Positions 23,612 through 37,145 of a stretch of DNA of 64,000 nt are shown piece by piece (position 1 is the stretch's first letter; each line of letters starts with the position of its first letter). A model generated the notes under the pieces. It made no database searches, was not told the DNA's origin, and was given only the letters and a program-made list of their open reading frames with translations. This stretch comes from Octopus sinensis (taxonomy: Eukaryota), in contig NC_043024.1 in the NCBI RefSeq assembly GCF_006345805.1, positions 2,728,001-2,792,000 on the forward strand. The letters run 5' to 3'. The translations under genes and the position numbers were made by a program.

Positions 23612-25624
23612 TCGATATATATGAAACTAAGAATGTGTATCTGTCTGTCTGTGTGAATCCCTATAACTTGAGAACTACACAACCAATTTCATTCAAATTT
23701 TACACACGCCTTGCTTAGGGTCCAAGGAGTGTCAGGAGCAGGGCTCTGGGCGCCATAGGGCTCACTGTCCACGGTTACGAGACAACGGTGAGCTAATATA
23801 TCGATATATATGAAACTAAGAATGTGTATCTGTCTGTCTGTGTGAATCCCTATAACTTGAGAACTACACAACCAATTTCATTCAAATTTTACACACGCCT
23901 TGCTTAGGGTCCAAGGAGTGTCAGGAGCAGGGCTCTGGTCGCCATTGGGCTCACTGTCCACGGCTACGAGACAACGGTGAGCGCTATGGCGACCAGAGCT
24001 CGCTCTGGGCGCCATTGGGCTCACTGTCCACGGCTACGAGACAACGGTGAGCGCTATGGCGACCAGAGCTCGCTCTGGGCGCCATTGGGCTCACTGTCCA
24101 CGGCTACGAGACAACGGTGAGCGCTATGGCGACCAGAGCTCGCTCTGGGCGCCATTGGGCTCACTGTCCACGGCTACGAGACAACGGTGAGCGCTATGGC
24201 GACCAGAGCTCGCTCTGGGCGCCATTGGGCTCACTGTCCACGGCCACGAGACAACAGTGAGCGCTATGGCGACCAGAGCTCGCTCTGGGCGCCATTGGGC
24301 TCACTGTCCACGGCCACGAGACAACAGTGAGCGCTATGGCGACCAGAGCTCGCTCTGGGCGCCATTGGGCTCACTGTCCACGGCCACGAGACAACAGTGA
24401 GCGCTATGGCGACCAGAGCTCGCTCTGGGCGCCATTGGGCTCACTGTCCACGGCTACGAGACAACGGTGAGCGCTATGGCGACCAGAGCTCGCTCTGGGC
24501 GCCATTGGGCTCACTGTCCACGGCTACGAGACAACGGTGAGCGCTATGGCGACCAGAGCTCGCTCTGGGCGCCATTGGGCCCACTGTCCACGGCTACGAG
24601 ACAACGGTGAGCGCTATGGCGACCAGAGCTCGCTCTGGGCGCCATTGGGCTCACTGTCCACGGCTACGAGACAACGGTGAGCGCTATGGCGACCAGAGCT
24701 CGCTCTGGGCGCCATTGGGCTCACTGTCCACGGCTACGAGACAACGGTGAGCGCTATGGCGACCAGAGCTCGCTCTGGGCGCCATTGGGCTCACTGTCCA
24801 CGGCTACGAGACAACGGTGAGCGCTATGGCTTTGTTCTTATCACTATCAATAGGAGGCTTGGCTTGCCTTGGCTTGCCTTGGCCTGCCTTGGCCTGCCTT
24901 GGCCTGCCTTGGCCTGCCTTGGCTTGCCTTGGCTTGCCTTGGCTTGCATTACATTACATTACATAGAGAACTATAGCATGAAGGCAGCATATAAGAAAAA
25001 CAACTCTTACCTAGTTGTTGGCAGTTTTACTTACTCCGCATTGCAACAAGATGTGTCTTCGTCAAAGCAACTGCTCCCCCGAAGCAAAGTAGATAAAATT
25101 TGAGATATGTGGAACGTCAAAGCTGCTAACAAAATCAGGACAGTAAAAATTTTCGGTAATGGCTGTTTAACCCTAACGGGGTGACGTGATGAACACTGGA
25201 GAAAGAAAGCTCTGTCAAGCGACAGACGGGAATGCATGAACGAAAAGAAATACGTTTAGAAATAGATCTATAGTTATTGAGGACAGAATTTCTGTTAGAA
25301 ATAGAGAACTATGAATATTGAATTATGCATAGAGCGCTGACTTACATTCGGGGCTTCCAATTTCTCTGTAAAATATAAGATAGTCGCAAAATCATCGCAC
25401 ATGTCGCCATCGATTACAAATGCCGGTGGAAGATAAACGTTCCAGAGGACATTCTTGTTCTTTCGTTCGTACAAGGATCGTATTATGTTTCGGCTTAAAA
25501 TAAATTATAGATATAAATATAATGTATAGAAATATATAAAAGCCAGAATAGAAAATAAACGTCTTAGGCATATAAAATGAGATAACATGAGATATCAAGG
25601 TGTTATAAACCTGAAACTTACTAG
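23612..25624 (+). mobile_element. Putative Helitron-type element with duplicated 5' head (23612, 23801) and internal GC-rich minisatellite
   Basis: A|TCgatatatatgaaac start resembles the other Helitron heads here; 3' end uncertain (CTAG at 25621-25624 is followed by A and has only a weak hairpin). Confidence 0.4.
23937..24830. repeat. 70-bp GC-rich minisatellite, about 13 near-identical units
   Basis: Unit gggcgccattgggctcactgtccacggctacgagacaacggtgagcgctatggcgaccagagctcgctct; starts at 24007, 24077 and every 70 bp after. Confidence 0.95.
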
Positions 25625-25644
25625 AATATCATAGATTATATATA

Positions 25645-27804
25645 TCAAGTCATCCAGTCAGTTCTGTCCAATTTTACCTTTTTTTTTTAGATTTGAATGA
25701 AATTTAATAGTATTTGCAAATGTCTAATTCAATTAAAAATTATTTTTATGCATTTGTGTACGTTTAAACTAATTCAATATTGTTTTACAAAATAATAGAC
25801 GGTGCCCACAAAGTCTGCGTACATAGGGATTAACACATACTTTTTAAACAAAACAATTTTATTTAATTATAATGTTAATGAATAATATTTTCAAAGTGAT
25901 TTCCATCATTTTCAATGCATAACTTGATGCGCCTTGCAAAATTCAGGTGAACTTGATTAAATAAGTCTGCATTGCCAGACCAGTATAGAAGATTCTGTCT
26001 GTTGACCTCACCATTTACATAAAACGTAGCTTTGTCACTGAACAACAAAGTTTTTCGTAAAATTGATATTTTCATCCAATTTATCTGAAAACCATTCGCA
26101 CGTCTACATTCGTCTATCAGGATCGTCTTCATTTAAGTGATGCAATATCTGTAGGTTGTATCGATGAAACTTTTCCTCAACCAGCATTTTGTGGATGGTT
26201 GGTTTTGGAACACCTAACACCGTAGATGTCCGACGAAGTGATTTTTGGGGGCTAGCTAGCAGAAACTTTAGCCTCGACAGCCTCTTTAGTTTCATCTGAA
26301 GTCTTTGGTCGCCCGGAACGGGGTTTATTCGAAACACTGCCTGTTTCTTTAAATTTCTTGATCAATTTCCTGACGGCAGTAAAATAAATAGGTTGCCTAC
26401 AAGGGTGTGGAAGATTAAATTCTTCCGCAATTTTGCGGTAAGACCATCCCTCTCGTCCACTTAATAATACTAACTCGATTCTTTCTTCTTTAGACAGATT
26501 CATCATTCGATCTGGGATTCTTTCTTCTTTAGACAGAGCCATCATTCGATCATCTGTGGAAAAAATAACAAATAAATTTAGAAAAGTAAAGTATTTTTTT
26601 TTTATTTAATTTAAACAAAAGTAAAAAAGGAAAATTATTATTTCTTATATTTGTTTGTTTATGTTATGATTTTATTCCATAAACCCAGACTTCGTGGACA
26701 CCCTAAAATTGCTTTGATTAAAACCCTTTCAACATGGAAGTATCCAAGGAGCATTTAAGGCACATATAATTCTTTATGAGTACAATAAAGGTAACTCTGC
26801 TGCCGAAGTGACTCGAAACATACACTCAGTTTATGGCAAAGTGCTCGAATGAAAGAACTTGCAGGAGATCGTCTGCAAAATTGAAGATGAATATTGAACA
26901 GGATGTCCAGTTGAGTTTGGCAAGCTCCTTGAGGCATTACTTGAAGAAAATCCGTCATTATCAGTTGAAGAATTGACAATAAAGCTTACTTCAAACCATA
27001 CAACAGTTCATCGTCATCAACAACGTGGAAAGGTTCCTAAACTTGGAAAATAGGTGCCTTATGTATTGTCCGAAAGCAACCGCAAATCCCGAGTTGGCAT
27101 CTGCTCTTCTCTCCATTCTCGCAAACTCATTTCACCCTTTTTCGATAGACTTGTGATGAAAAATGGATTTTCTATCGAAATGTTAGACGTCGTAAACAGT
27201 GGCTTGGTAAAAGGGAAAATTCTCAACCACAACCGAGAAGGGAACTTCATGGGAAGAAAGGTTCTACTCTCTATCTGGTGCGATTGCAAAGGCGTAATTC
27301 ACTTTATATTGTTACCACCTAATGCAACAATCAATGCTCAAGTCTACTGTCAGCAATTAGAGCGTTTGAACCAAGCTTTGAAGGAAAAAAAGAGCCGCTT
27401 TAGTGAGTCGAAAACGAGTGATGTTTCATCAGGACAATGCGCAACCCCACACTGCAAAGATCACATCACAGAAGATCGAAGGGGTCGGTTTGGAAAAGTT
27501 TCTTCATCCAACTTATTCTCCCGACCTTACTCCTTCAGGATACCATTTGTTTCATAGTTTACAGAATTAGTAGGGGGATACAACTTTCGCAAGCCAGGGG
27601 GAGGTCGAACCTGACAATTCAGAGTTCTTCGCTTTCAAACCAAAAGAGTTTTACGTTGATGTGATTAAAAAGCTTGTAAATAGATGGAGGTAAGTCATAG
27701 ATAATTAGGGAAAGTACATTGATGATTAACTTTCAATTAAATATAACATTTGATCACTTGTATTCTTTATCCAAAATTCAGACAGAACTTATGGGATGAC
27801 CTGA
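25645..27804 (+). mobile_element. Decayed mariner transposon, interrupted by a nested element
   Basis: TIR-like ends TCAAGTCATCCAGTCAGTTCTGTC / reverse complement TCAGGTCATCCCATAAGTTCTGTC; remnants MEVSKEHLRH, xVPYVLSE, KVLLSIWCDCKGVIHF, (F)HQDNA.P, YSPDL..S.YHLF. Confidence 0.85.
25798..26703 (-). mobile_element. Internally deleted Tc1/mariner-superfamily element nested in the mariner
   Basis: TIR-like GGTG(C/T)CCAC(A/G)AAGTCTG with flanking TA; HTH-like N-terminus KFKETGSV..KPRSGRPK and FSDKATFYVNGEVNRQN motif. Confidence 0.8.
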
Positions 27805-28204
27805 GATATATACACTGGCGAAAATATATTTAAGACAGACGATAACAGTTCTATTTCTTACAAAATATTTTGTTACTAACACCATACAAATTATTTTTTA
27901 TCTTTTACACCTTATGCAAAATTTATTTCGCTTTCGAATGATGCAGACAATAACCATTTTTATACTACCTGAAGAATTCTAATGCTAAATATAATTTTAA
28001 TGGAGATAACCTGCAGTATATAGTACAACATTTTTGTCTCCGTATATGAGCTAAGTATTAATAAAATGTGGTATACGATAAAAATTTCGGATATTTGTCT
28101 TAAAACATTCAGACAAGAAAATTCAGATGTAGCACATGAGGTATTATTCCATACGAATATCCACATATTTATATTAAGAATTTCATGATAAAAATATAGA
28201 AATA

Positions 28205-28676
28205 TTGGGTTGTCCGGAAAGTTCTTGCAGATTTATAGTAGCTTATCTTTCGACTTATTTTAGAACATGTTTGAGTCCATAAAATACACCTCCATTTGGA
28301 GCACAGTTTAATCTGTCTTTTCGTGGAAGAAGGTTTATGTTCCAATAACCTGTGTTAATCCTGTAACCCTTTAAATTAAAAGATGAGAAAAATTCATTAT
28401 CGGCATTTGATGCTTTGGGAACCAGACAAAAATTGCTGCAGCTTGGCTGGGGTGACTTACCCCACCCTCCATATTCACCAGATATTACTCCTTCGGATTT
28501 CCACTTATTCAGGTCTCTGCAGAATAGTCTTAATGGTGAAAATTTCAATTCCTTAGATGACGTAAAAAGATACCTTGATGAATTATTTGCCTTGAAACCA
28601 CCCCAATTCTGGGAAGAGTATTTAGTGACCATGTACTTTCCTTTAAAAATCGGAACGAACTTTCCGGACAACCCAA
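28205..28676 (+). mobile_element. Internally deleted mariner (MITE-sized)
   Basis: TIR TTGGGTTGTCCGGAAAGTT at both ends, TA TSDs; LPHPPYSPDITPSDFHLFRSLQNSL motif. Confidence 0.9.
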
Positions 28677-29451
28677 TATAAACATAACAATGAAATACAA
28701 ATAAAAACATGAAAAATGAAAACCTAAATTGAAAGAGGCGATTAAATTTTTTTTCCTAACCTGCAGCCGTTTGTTGTACGAAGTATTCGAAATTCAGCCC
28801 TCCTTCCTCAGGGTTCCTTTCTCGAGGTAAAATCCAGCAGAAAGCACTACATGACGAGTATTCAGTTCGTGAAAGTTCAGTTTTTGAGTATCGATTTTTT
28901 TTCTCAATTTTTTCAAGAGGATTGCCACGTTTAAATAAGAAATGAAAATCGTTTAGTTAATCATGCAATTTTGGGAATATTCCATTTTTTACTGATATAT
29001 ACTACAATAACAAAGAAATTATTTAAGATTTTAGATTTATGCATAAGTATTCTTATGGTTCCAAAACGCATGGTTCTCAGTTCAGTCCCACTGTGTGGTA
29101 ACTTGGCCTGTGTCTTCTACTATAGCCTGAAACCAACCAAAGCCTTGTCAGTGGATTTTGTAGACAGAAACTGAAAGAAATCAATCGTATATATATGTAT
29201 GTATGTATGTATGTAAGTCTGTGTATGTGTCTTTGTGTTTCTCCCTCATCACTGCTTCACAACTGGTCTTCGTTTATTTACATCCCCATAACATACTGGT
29301 TTCACAAGAAGAAACTGATAGAATAAGTACCAGGCTTATCAAAATTTAAAAAAGCTCTACGCAGTGTCTCACATTTTTGTTTGTCCACTCAGTTGTATCT
29401 ATCAATTTATCTTTGTGTGTGTGTGTGTGTACATACATATATATATGTATG

Positions 29452-29482
<31 letters not shown>

Positions 29483-29582
29483 TCGGGGTGAGCACTTGAT
29501 AATTGTAAGCACCTGTATATACCGTTTGGTGGTGTAGGTGGAGGAGTAAATTGATCAAAATAAAAACATGATGCCAAGGATT

Positions 29583-29664
29583 CAGCGGTACATATGTTTC
29601 GGGCCTTTATTAGACAGATTTATAACAATGCATAATGTATGTCTGTGGCCTTCTTCAGCCGCGC
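29583..29664 (-). ncRNA. Type-I hammerhead ribozyme motif, slightly decayed
   Basis: Minus strand reads gcgg-CUGAAGA-aGGCC...GGCCC-GAA-ACAUAUGU-A-ccgc; palindromic stem III, GUA cleavage triplet, 4-bp stem I; A.C mismatch at the base of stem II. Confidence 0.55.
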
Positions 29665-29790
29665 ACAACAACTTCCACAAGGACATGTGTTACATCAAAA
29701 ATTCTTGGTTTGGGATGCAAATCCTCTCATTCGCGTACGACATAATGTGGCAGCAGCATAGAATTGAAGCGTCCATCTCGTTCTTCTCTC

Positions 29791-31222
29791 AACTATTGAC
29801 ATGATATTCTCCATACGCCAACTTCAGAAGTCCAGAGAGCAGAACATGCCATTATATATGGCCTTCATTGATCTGACAAAGGGCTTTGACTTGGTAAGTA
29901 GAAAAGGCCTCTTCATCCTGCTCCAAAAAATCGGATGTCCACCAAAGCTGCTGAGGATCATCAAATCATTCCATGCTAATATGCAAGGCACCATACAGCA
30001 CAATGGTTCAACATCAGCCGCCTTCCAAATAAAAAATGGGGTAGAGCAAGGTTGTGTCCTTGCTCCTACATTATTTGGCATCTTCTTCTCGCTGCTGCTG
30101 TCACATGCCTTTGAGACATCAGATGATGGAGTGTTTCTGCACAGTAGAAGTGATGGGGAACTGTTCAATCTCTCGCGTCTGCGTGCCAAGACCAAAATTT
30201 CAGAAGCATCCTGATCAAGGAGATGCTATTTGCTGATGATGCCGCTCTGGTATCACACACAGAAGAAGCCCTACGAAGGCACAGCAACTGTTTTGAGCAA
30301 GCATTTGGCAACTTTGGCTTAGTTATCAGCCTCAAGAAGACCAACATCATGGGTCAGGCTACATCGGACATCCCAAACATACATATTGGAGACCACAGTG
30401 TATAGGAGGTGGAGAAGTTTACCTATCTTGGCTCTACCGTCACCTACAACCTATCCCTTGATGCTGAGCTCAATATACGCATTGGCAAGGCAGCTGCTGT
30501 GATGGCCCAACTCACCAAACGCGCATGGGACAACAATAAGCTGACCAAGACCACAAAAATGAAGATTTACCAGGCATGTGTACTTAGCACTCTACTGTAT
30601 GACTTTGATGCCATACGACGCCATACGTCGCCTAAATATCTTTCACCTGCGCTGTCTCCGGAAAATCCATCGCATCAAATGGCAGAATCATGTCCCTAAC
30701 AAAGATGTCCTCAAGCAAGCAGGAATACCAAGCATGTTTGCACTCTTCACACAAAGACGTATGAGATGGCTTGGACATGTTAGCCGTATGGAAGATGGCA
30801 GAATCCCCAAGGACATACTCAACGGAGAGCTTGCTAGGGGCACTAGGTCTGTGGGAAGACCGTTCTTACGATACAAGGATGTTTGCAAAAGGGACATGAA
30901 TGCCTGCAACATCAATATTACCAACTGGGAAGCAGTTGCCAGCAACCATGGAGATTGGCGACGTACCGTGAAAGAGGGAACACAAAGGAGTGACATAGTG
31001 AGAAAGGAGAAATGGAAAGACAAGAAAAGACGTCAACAAGAAACTATGACATTACAACCAGTCAGGCAAAGTCTTCGCTACATTTACGGCACCTGCCAGA
31101 GGGAGTGTTTGTCCCGGCTAGGACTACACAGCCACAGCAAGAGATGTATTAGGACATGAAATGTAAAAGCCGGACAAGATTGTTTTATGCGCAACTCCAT
31201 TGTCTCCCGAGACAAAAGGATG
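29791..31222 (+). mobile_element. 5'-truncated RTE-clade LINE, frameshifted
   Basis: DMIFSIRQLQ, AFIDLTKGFD, GVEQGCVLAPTLF, LFADDAAL, FTYLGS, WLGHVSRMEDGRIPK, C-terminal C2H2-like CQRECLSRLGLHSH. Confidence 0.92.
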
Positions 31223-31522
31223 CCAACAACAATATATATGGATTTCGTAGACAGGAACTGTAACAAATAAATCGTATATATATGTATGTATATATGTAAG
31301 TGTATGTGTGTGTCTTTGTCTCTGTGTTTCGCCCTCATCACTGCTTCACAACTGCTGTTCACTTATTTACATCCACATAACTTACTGGTTTCACAAGAAC
31401 AAACTAATAGAGTAAGTACTAGGCTTATCAACATAAAAAGCACTAGGCTGTGTCTCATATTTTTTGTTTGCTCACTCAGTTGTATCTATCAATTTATCTT
31501 GGTATGTGTGCGTGTGTGTGTG

Positions 31523-31612
<90 letters not shown>

Positions 31613-32029
31613 TAGATAGATAGATAGACAGTCTTTTTATTATCACTCGGTCACACATAGTCCCCAGATGGTAACATTGATTTCAAGGCCTTCCCAGATG
31701 AGTGACTGGTTATTCGAAGACATTTATAGATTTTAAATTTATTCTGTCCAGTTACGTATCAGTATAGTGGTCATTTGCAAACTACAGAGGTGACACTTTC
31801 ATTTCTCCTTAGCTCTCACGTCAAACAGTTGTTAATGTTGATTTCAGTTGGGTCACGCCCTTCCAATTGCTATAGATTTGTAATGCATCTTACGGCTGTG
31901 CCTGTCACCTGGATGGTGAGGAATCCTACATTAGGAGTGGTAACGACTAGGGTAGGGTAACTGACTGCTTATTGTGATCATTCGTCTTTTGGTTTCCTGT
32001 AGCTTTGCTCTCTTTTACAAACCCAGTGA

Positions 32030-32431
32030 ACATATATTTCCTATTTCAAAGAAATTCAAACAATAGATATAAGACCCAAGTTAAAAAGATTTTCAACAAT
32101 TCAACTTCTCTGGTTGACATTAAGATGCCCACCCCCAACAGGGGCCTTAACTCTCACATTTTAGAGCTCCATGACCTTCATTTTTCAGGAACAAAATCTT
32201 TTTAACAAGTTAAATAAGACTGGAATTTGGAATATGCGCATAAAAATCAGGATTATGGCATACATGTGGCACGATTACAATTTTTTAGGGTGTGTAAAGA
32301 TTGAAATAACCCTCATCTGCAATTTTGATGAAATTCGAAACATAGATATTCCAGTTCATCACAGAAGATATAACAGAAAAGTCTAATTCTCCAATTGAAT
32401 GTAATCGGGTAACGCCGGGTATCTCTGCTAG
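32030..32431 (+). mobile_element. Helitron 3' portion
   Basis: Ends cgggtaacgccggg...CTAG|T; 5' end not defined. Confidence 0.55.
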
Positions 32432-32496
32432 TTATATATAAATATAAAAAAGTAAAAGATATGCAATAAATATAAATATGTATATAAAAGTAAAAA

Positions 32497-32557
<61 letters not shown>

Positions 32558-32851
32558 TTTCTTTTCTTTCTTTTATTCTTTACTTGTTTCGACCCGAACA
32601 CTTCTTTAAAGTAATTCTATATATTTCGCAAGAAAGAACAATAATATTATGTATATACTTGCCACCATCGGGGGCACAAACACAAACACACACACAGTTT
32701 CCGTCTACCAAATTCACTCACAAGGCTTTGGTTGGCCTGAGGCTCTAGTAGAAGACCAAGGCGTCGCGTAATGGGGCTGAACCCAGAACCATGTAGTTGG
32801 TAAGCAGGCTACTTACCACACAGCCACTTATGCATATGTATGTGTGTGTGT

Positions 32852-32898
<47 letters not shown>

Positions 32899-33477
32899 TG
32901 TGTGTCTGTGTGTAGTTTGACAAGTGTCAATGACCGAAACTCTCGTCCCCCGAGTCACTCTGTTGCTTCTGCTAAATATTGATAAACGCATATATGACAA
33001 GCTTTTTCAGATTCCGTCAACCAAATCTACTCACAAGGGTTTAGTCGACCCAGGGCTATAGTAGAAACACCCGCTCAAAGTGCCATGCAGCTGGACTGAA
33101 CCCGGAACAGCTTACAACACAGTCACGCCTGCTTCTGTTCACATATATACATGATATATATTTCTTTTGCTACCCACAAGGGGCTAAACATAGAGGGGAC
33201 AAACAAGGACAGACAAACGGATTAAGTCGATTACATCATGCTGGCATGGCTAGGATAGTCTGATAGGATTCAAAGGGTTGATGGACCATATATCCCTCCA
33301 ATGTCTCGCTTTTGGCATGGTTCTTTGCAGCTGGATGTCCTTCGTGATACCAACCACTTTACGGAGTGTTTTAGCTGCATTTTATGGCACCAGCACTGTA
33401 GAGGTTGCCTTACCATCTACATGATCAAACACTTCTCTCAAGTCTTACATTGCAGATCAATTACTAAACCATTATAG

Positions 33478-33716
33478 CAGTGGTCCCTAACCGAGGTCCA
33501 TATCATCCCTGGGGGCCCACATAACATTTTGTTGTTAAAATTTATTGCAATAAAATTGGTTATAGTTCTACAAGACACAAGAAATTTTAATTTGTTTTTA
33601 TACAATTCCTAAATTCCTAACAATATTTAATTACAAAAATATGATAGGATTTAATTTAAGTGGAGTAAAATAAAAATCAAAAGGGTCCACAGGTGAAAAA
33701 TGGTTGAGAACCACCA
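33478..33716. mobile_element. Possible hAT/Charlie-like MITE
   Basis: Ends cagtggtccctaacc ... ggttgagaaccacca resemble CAGTGGTTCTCAACC TIRs; no clear TSD. Confidence 0.4.
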
Positions 33717-33841
33717 ACTTAGAATGCATTAGGCTGTTTTTTGGGGTTTTTTTGTGGCACCTGCATTGTTAGGGGTTATCTTGGCCGACCAAAGCCTTGT
33801 GAGTGGATTTGGTAGACGGAAACTGAAAGAAGCTCATCGTA

Positions 33842-33911
<70 letters not shown>

Positions 33912-34178
33912 TGTGTCCGCGTCTGTCCCTCTAGCATTGCTTGACAATCGATGCTGGTGTGTTTACATCCCCGTCACTTAGCAGTTCGGCAAAAGAGACC
34001 GATAGAATAAGTACTGGGCTTACAAAGAATAAGTCCCGGGGTCGAGTTGCTTGTCTAAAGGCGGTGCTCCAGCATGGCCACAGTCAACTGACTGAAACAA
34101 GTAAAAGAGTAAAAGAGTAAAAGAGAGAAAGAGTAAAGCGAGGACGAGCATTTCTCCAAATCCAAAGCTGATCACAAA

Positions 34179-34822
34179 CTGGTCACAGAATCAGACTGGT
34201 CACAGAATAAGACTGGTCACAGAATAAGACTGGTCACAGAAAAATTCTGGTCACAGAATAAGACTGGTCACAGAATCAGACTGGTCACAGAATAAGACTG
34301 ATCACAGAATCAGACTGGTCACAGAATCAGACTGGTCACAGAATAAGACTGGTCACAGAATCAGACTGGTCACAGAATAAGACTGGTCACAGAATAAGAC
34401 TGGTCACAGAATAAGACTGGTCACAGAAAAATTCTGGTCACAGAATAAGACTGGTCACAGAATCAGACTGGTCACAGAATAAGACTGGTCACAGAATCAG
34501 ACTGGTCACAGAATCAGACTGGTCACAGAATAAGACTGGTCACAGAATCAGACTTGTCACAGAATAAGACTGGTCACAGAATAAGACTGGTCACAGAATA
34601 AGACTGGTCACAGAATCAGACTGGTCACAGAATAAAACTGGTCACAGAATAAAACTGGTCACAGAATAAGACTGGTCACAAAATCAGACTGGTCATAAAA
34701 TAAGACTGGTCACAGAAAAAGACTGGTCACAGAATAAGACTGGTCACAGAATCAGACTGGTCACAGAATCAGACTGGTCACAGAATAAGACTGGTCACAG
34801 AATAAGACTGGTCACAGAATAA
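34179..34822. repeat. 17-bp minisatellite (ctggtcacagaatMaga), about 38 units
   Basis: Period of 17 measured at 34213/34230. Confidence 0.95.
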
Positions 34823-36404
34823 AGCATTGGGTTATGTCCCTTCAATTGCATAAATTATTTTTGTTGAGTATTTCACGTTGGCTGAAACAAGGTTAAAATA
34901 AAAGTCACTTGCTCAAGGTACAGCACAGGAAGATATCGATCCAGGGACCACTAGGTAGTGACATGATCTTCTCGGCCACACAGCAAGACCCGCTCGACTT
35001 CGTGTTCCCAATGGCATGTTTATAAAGTTACGAAATCATAAAAGAAGAGGTTTATATTGAAAATCCAGTTTTAATCTTCTCTTAATTCTGCCAAAGAAAC
35101 CAGTAAATATTTACAGCTTACTTTTTGAACTGCTTTAGTAAATAAAAGATATTACAACCTGATCGATATGTTTGTATAAATGTGACGGTTAAGAAAATAG
35201 GGGTTCCAGTTCATAGGATCAACAGAACAGCCTGCTTTTCTCTTTTACTCTTTTACTTTTTTTCAGTCATTTGACTGCGGCCATGCTGGAGCACCGCCTT
35301 TAGTCGAGCAAATCGACCCCAGGACTTATTCTTTGTAAGCCTAGTACTTATTCTAAAAGTCCCTTTTTGCCGAACTACTAAGTTACGGGGATGCAAACAC
35401 ACCAGCATCGGTTGTCAAGCGATTTTGAGGGGACAAACACAGACACACAAACACACACATATATAAACATATATATACGACGGGCTTCTTTCAGTTTCCG
35501 TCCACCAAATCTACTCACAAGGCTTTGGTTGACCCGAGGCTATAGTAGAAGACACTTGCCCAAGGTGCCACGCAGTGGGACTGAACCCGGAACCATGTGG
35601 TTGGTAAGCAACTACTTACCACAAAGCCACTCCTGCAGCTAAATATATATATACGACAGGCTTCTTTCAGTTTCCGTCTACCAAATCCACTCACAAGGCT
35701 TTGGTTGACCCGAGGCTATAGTAGAAGACACTTGCCCAAGGTGCCACGCAGTGGGACTGAACCCGGAACCATGTGGTTGGTAAGCAACTACTTACCACAC
35801 AGCCACTCCTACATATATATACATATATATATATACGACGGACTTCTTTTAGTTTCCGTCTACCAAATCCACTCACAAGGCTTTGGTCAGCCCGCGGCTA
35901 TAGTAGAAGACACTTGCCCAAGGTGCTACGCAGTGGGACTGAACCCGGAACCATGTGGTTGGTAAGCAAGCTTCTTACAACACAGCTACTCCTGCGCCTA
36001 TGAAATTTATGCTTGTGAAATTTATGTGCAAGTGGCTGAGTACTCCACAGACACGTGTACCCTTAGCATAGTTCCCAGAGAGATCCAGCATGACACAGAA
36101 TGTGATAAGGTTGGCCCCCTTTGAATTACCAGTACAACTCATTTTTGCCAAACGAGAGGCCTGGGGCAACATGAAATAACATGTCTTAATTAAGGACACA
36201 GCACACTGCTGGGAATTGAACTCACAGCCCCACAAGTGACAGCTGATCACCCTAACCACTGAGCCATGCACCTTCATGTGGTTGTATGAAACAAGACCCA
36301 AAATATAAATTAATCTTGACTTATTTTTAATGGCAAATATTAGAATCTGTAATAACTATTAAGAAAGGTCTGACAACAACGATGAAGAGCAATGAAAATA
36401 TTAT

Positions 36405-37145
36405 TTTCTACTCTAGGCACAAGGCCCGAAATTCGGGGATAGGGGGTCAGTCGATTAAATCAATCCCAGTACACAACTGGTACTTAATTTATCGACCCTG
36501 AATGGATGAAGGGCAAAGTCTACCTCGGCGGAATTTGAACTCAGAACATAAAGACAGACAAAATACCGGTTTCTTTATTACCCACAAGGGGCTAAACACA
36601 GAGGGGACAAACAAGGACAGACAAATGGATTAAGTCGATTATATCGACCCCAGCGCATAACTGGTACTTATTTAATCGACCCTGAATGGATGAAAGGCAA
36701 AGTCGACCTCAGTGGAATTTGAACTCAGAACGTAACGGCAGACAAAATACCTATTTCTTAACTACCCACAAGGGGCTAAACACAGAGAGGACAAACGGAT
36801 TAAGTCGATTACAGTGACCCCAGTGCGTAACTGGTCCTTAATTTATTGACCCCGAAAGGATGAAAAGCAAAGTCGGCTTCGGCAGAATTTGAACTCACAA
36901 CGTGAAGACAGACGAAATACCTATTTCTTTACTACCCACAAGGGGCTACACACAGAGGGGACAAACAAGGACAGACAAACGGATTAAGTCGATTATATCG
37001 ACCTCAGTGCATAACTGGTACTTATTTAATCGACCCTGAAAGGATGAAAGGCAAAGTCGACCTTGGCGGAATTTGAACTCAGAACGTAATGGCAGACAAA
37101 ATACCGCTAAGCGTTTCGCCCGGCATGCTAACGTTTCTGCCAGCT
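36405..37145 (-). mobile_element. SINE family 1, four-unit multimer (paralogous to 18305-18745)
   Basis: Same insertion site in both duplication arms but more internal units here. Confidence 0.85.

Noticed and set aside
23937-24830. CRISPR-like appearance of the 70-bp array
   Set aside because: No unique spacers, units are contiguous, no cas genes, eukaryotic context.
32917-32951. Third hammerhead-like motif ttgacaa-gtgtc-aat-gacc-GAAAC-tctc-GTC
   Set aside because: CUGANGA core has two substitutions and stem I has no partner; at best a dead relic.
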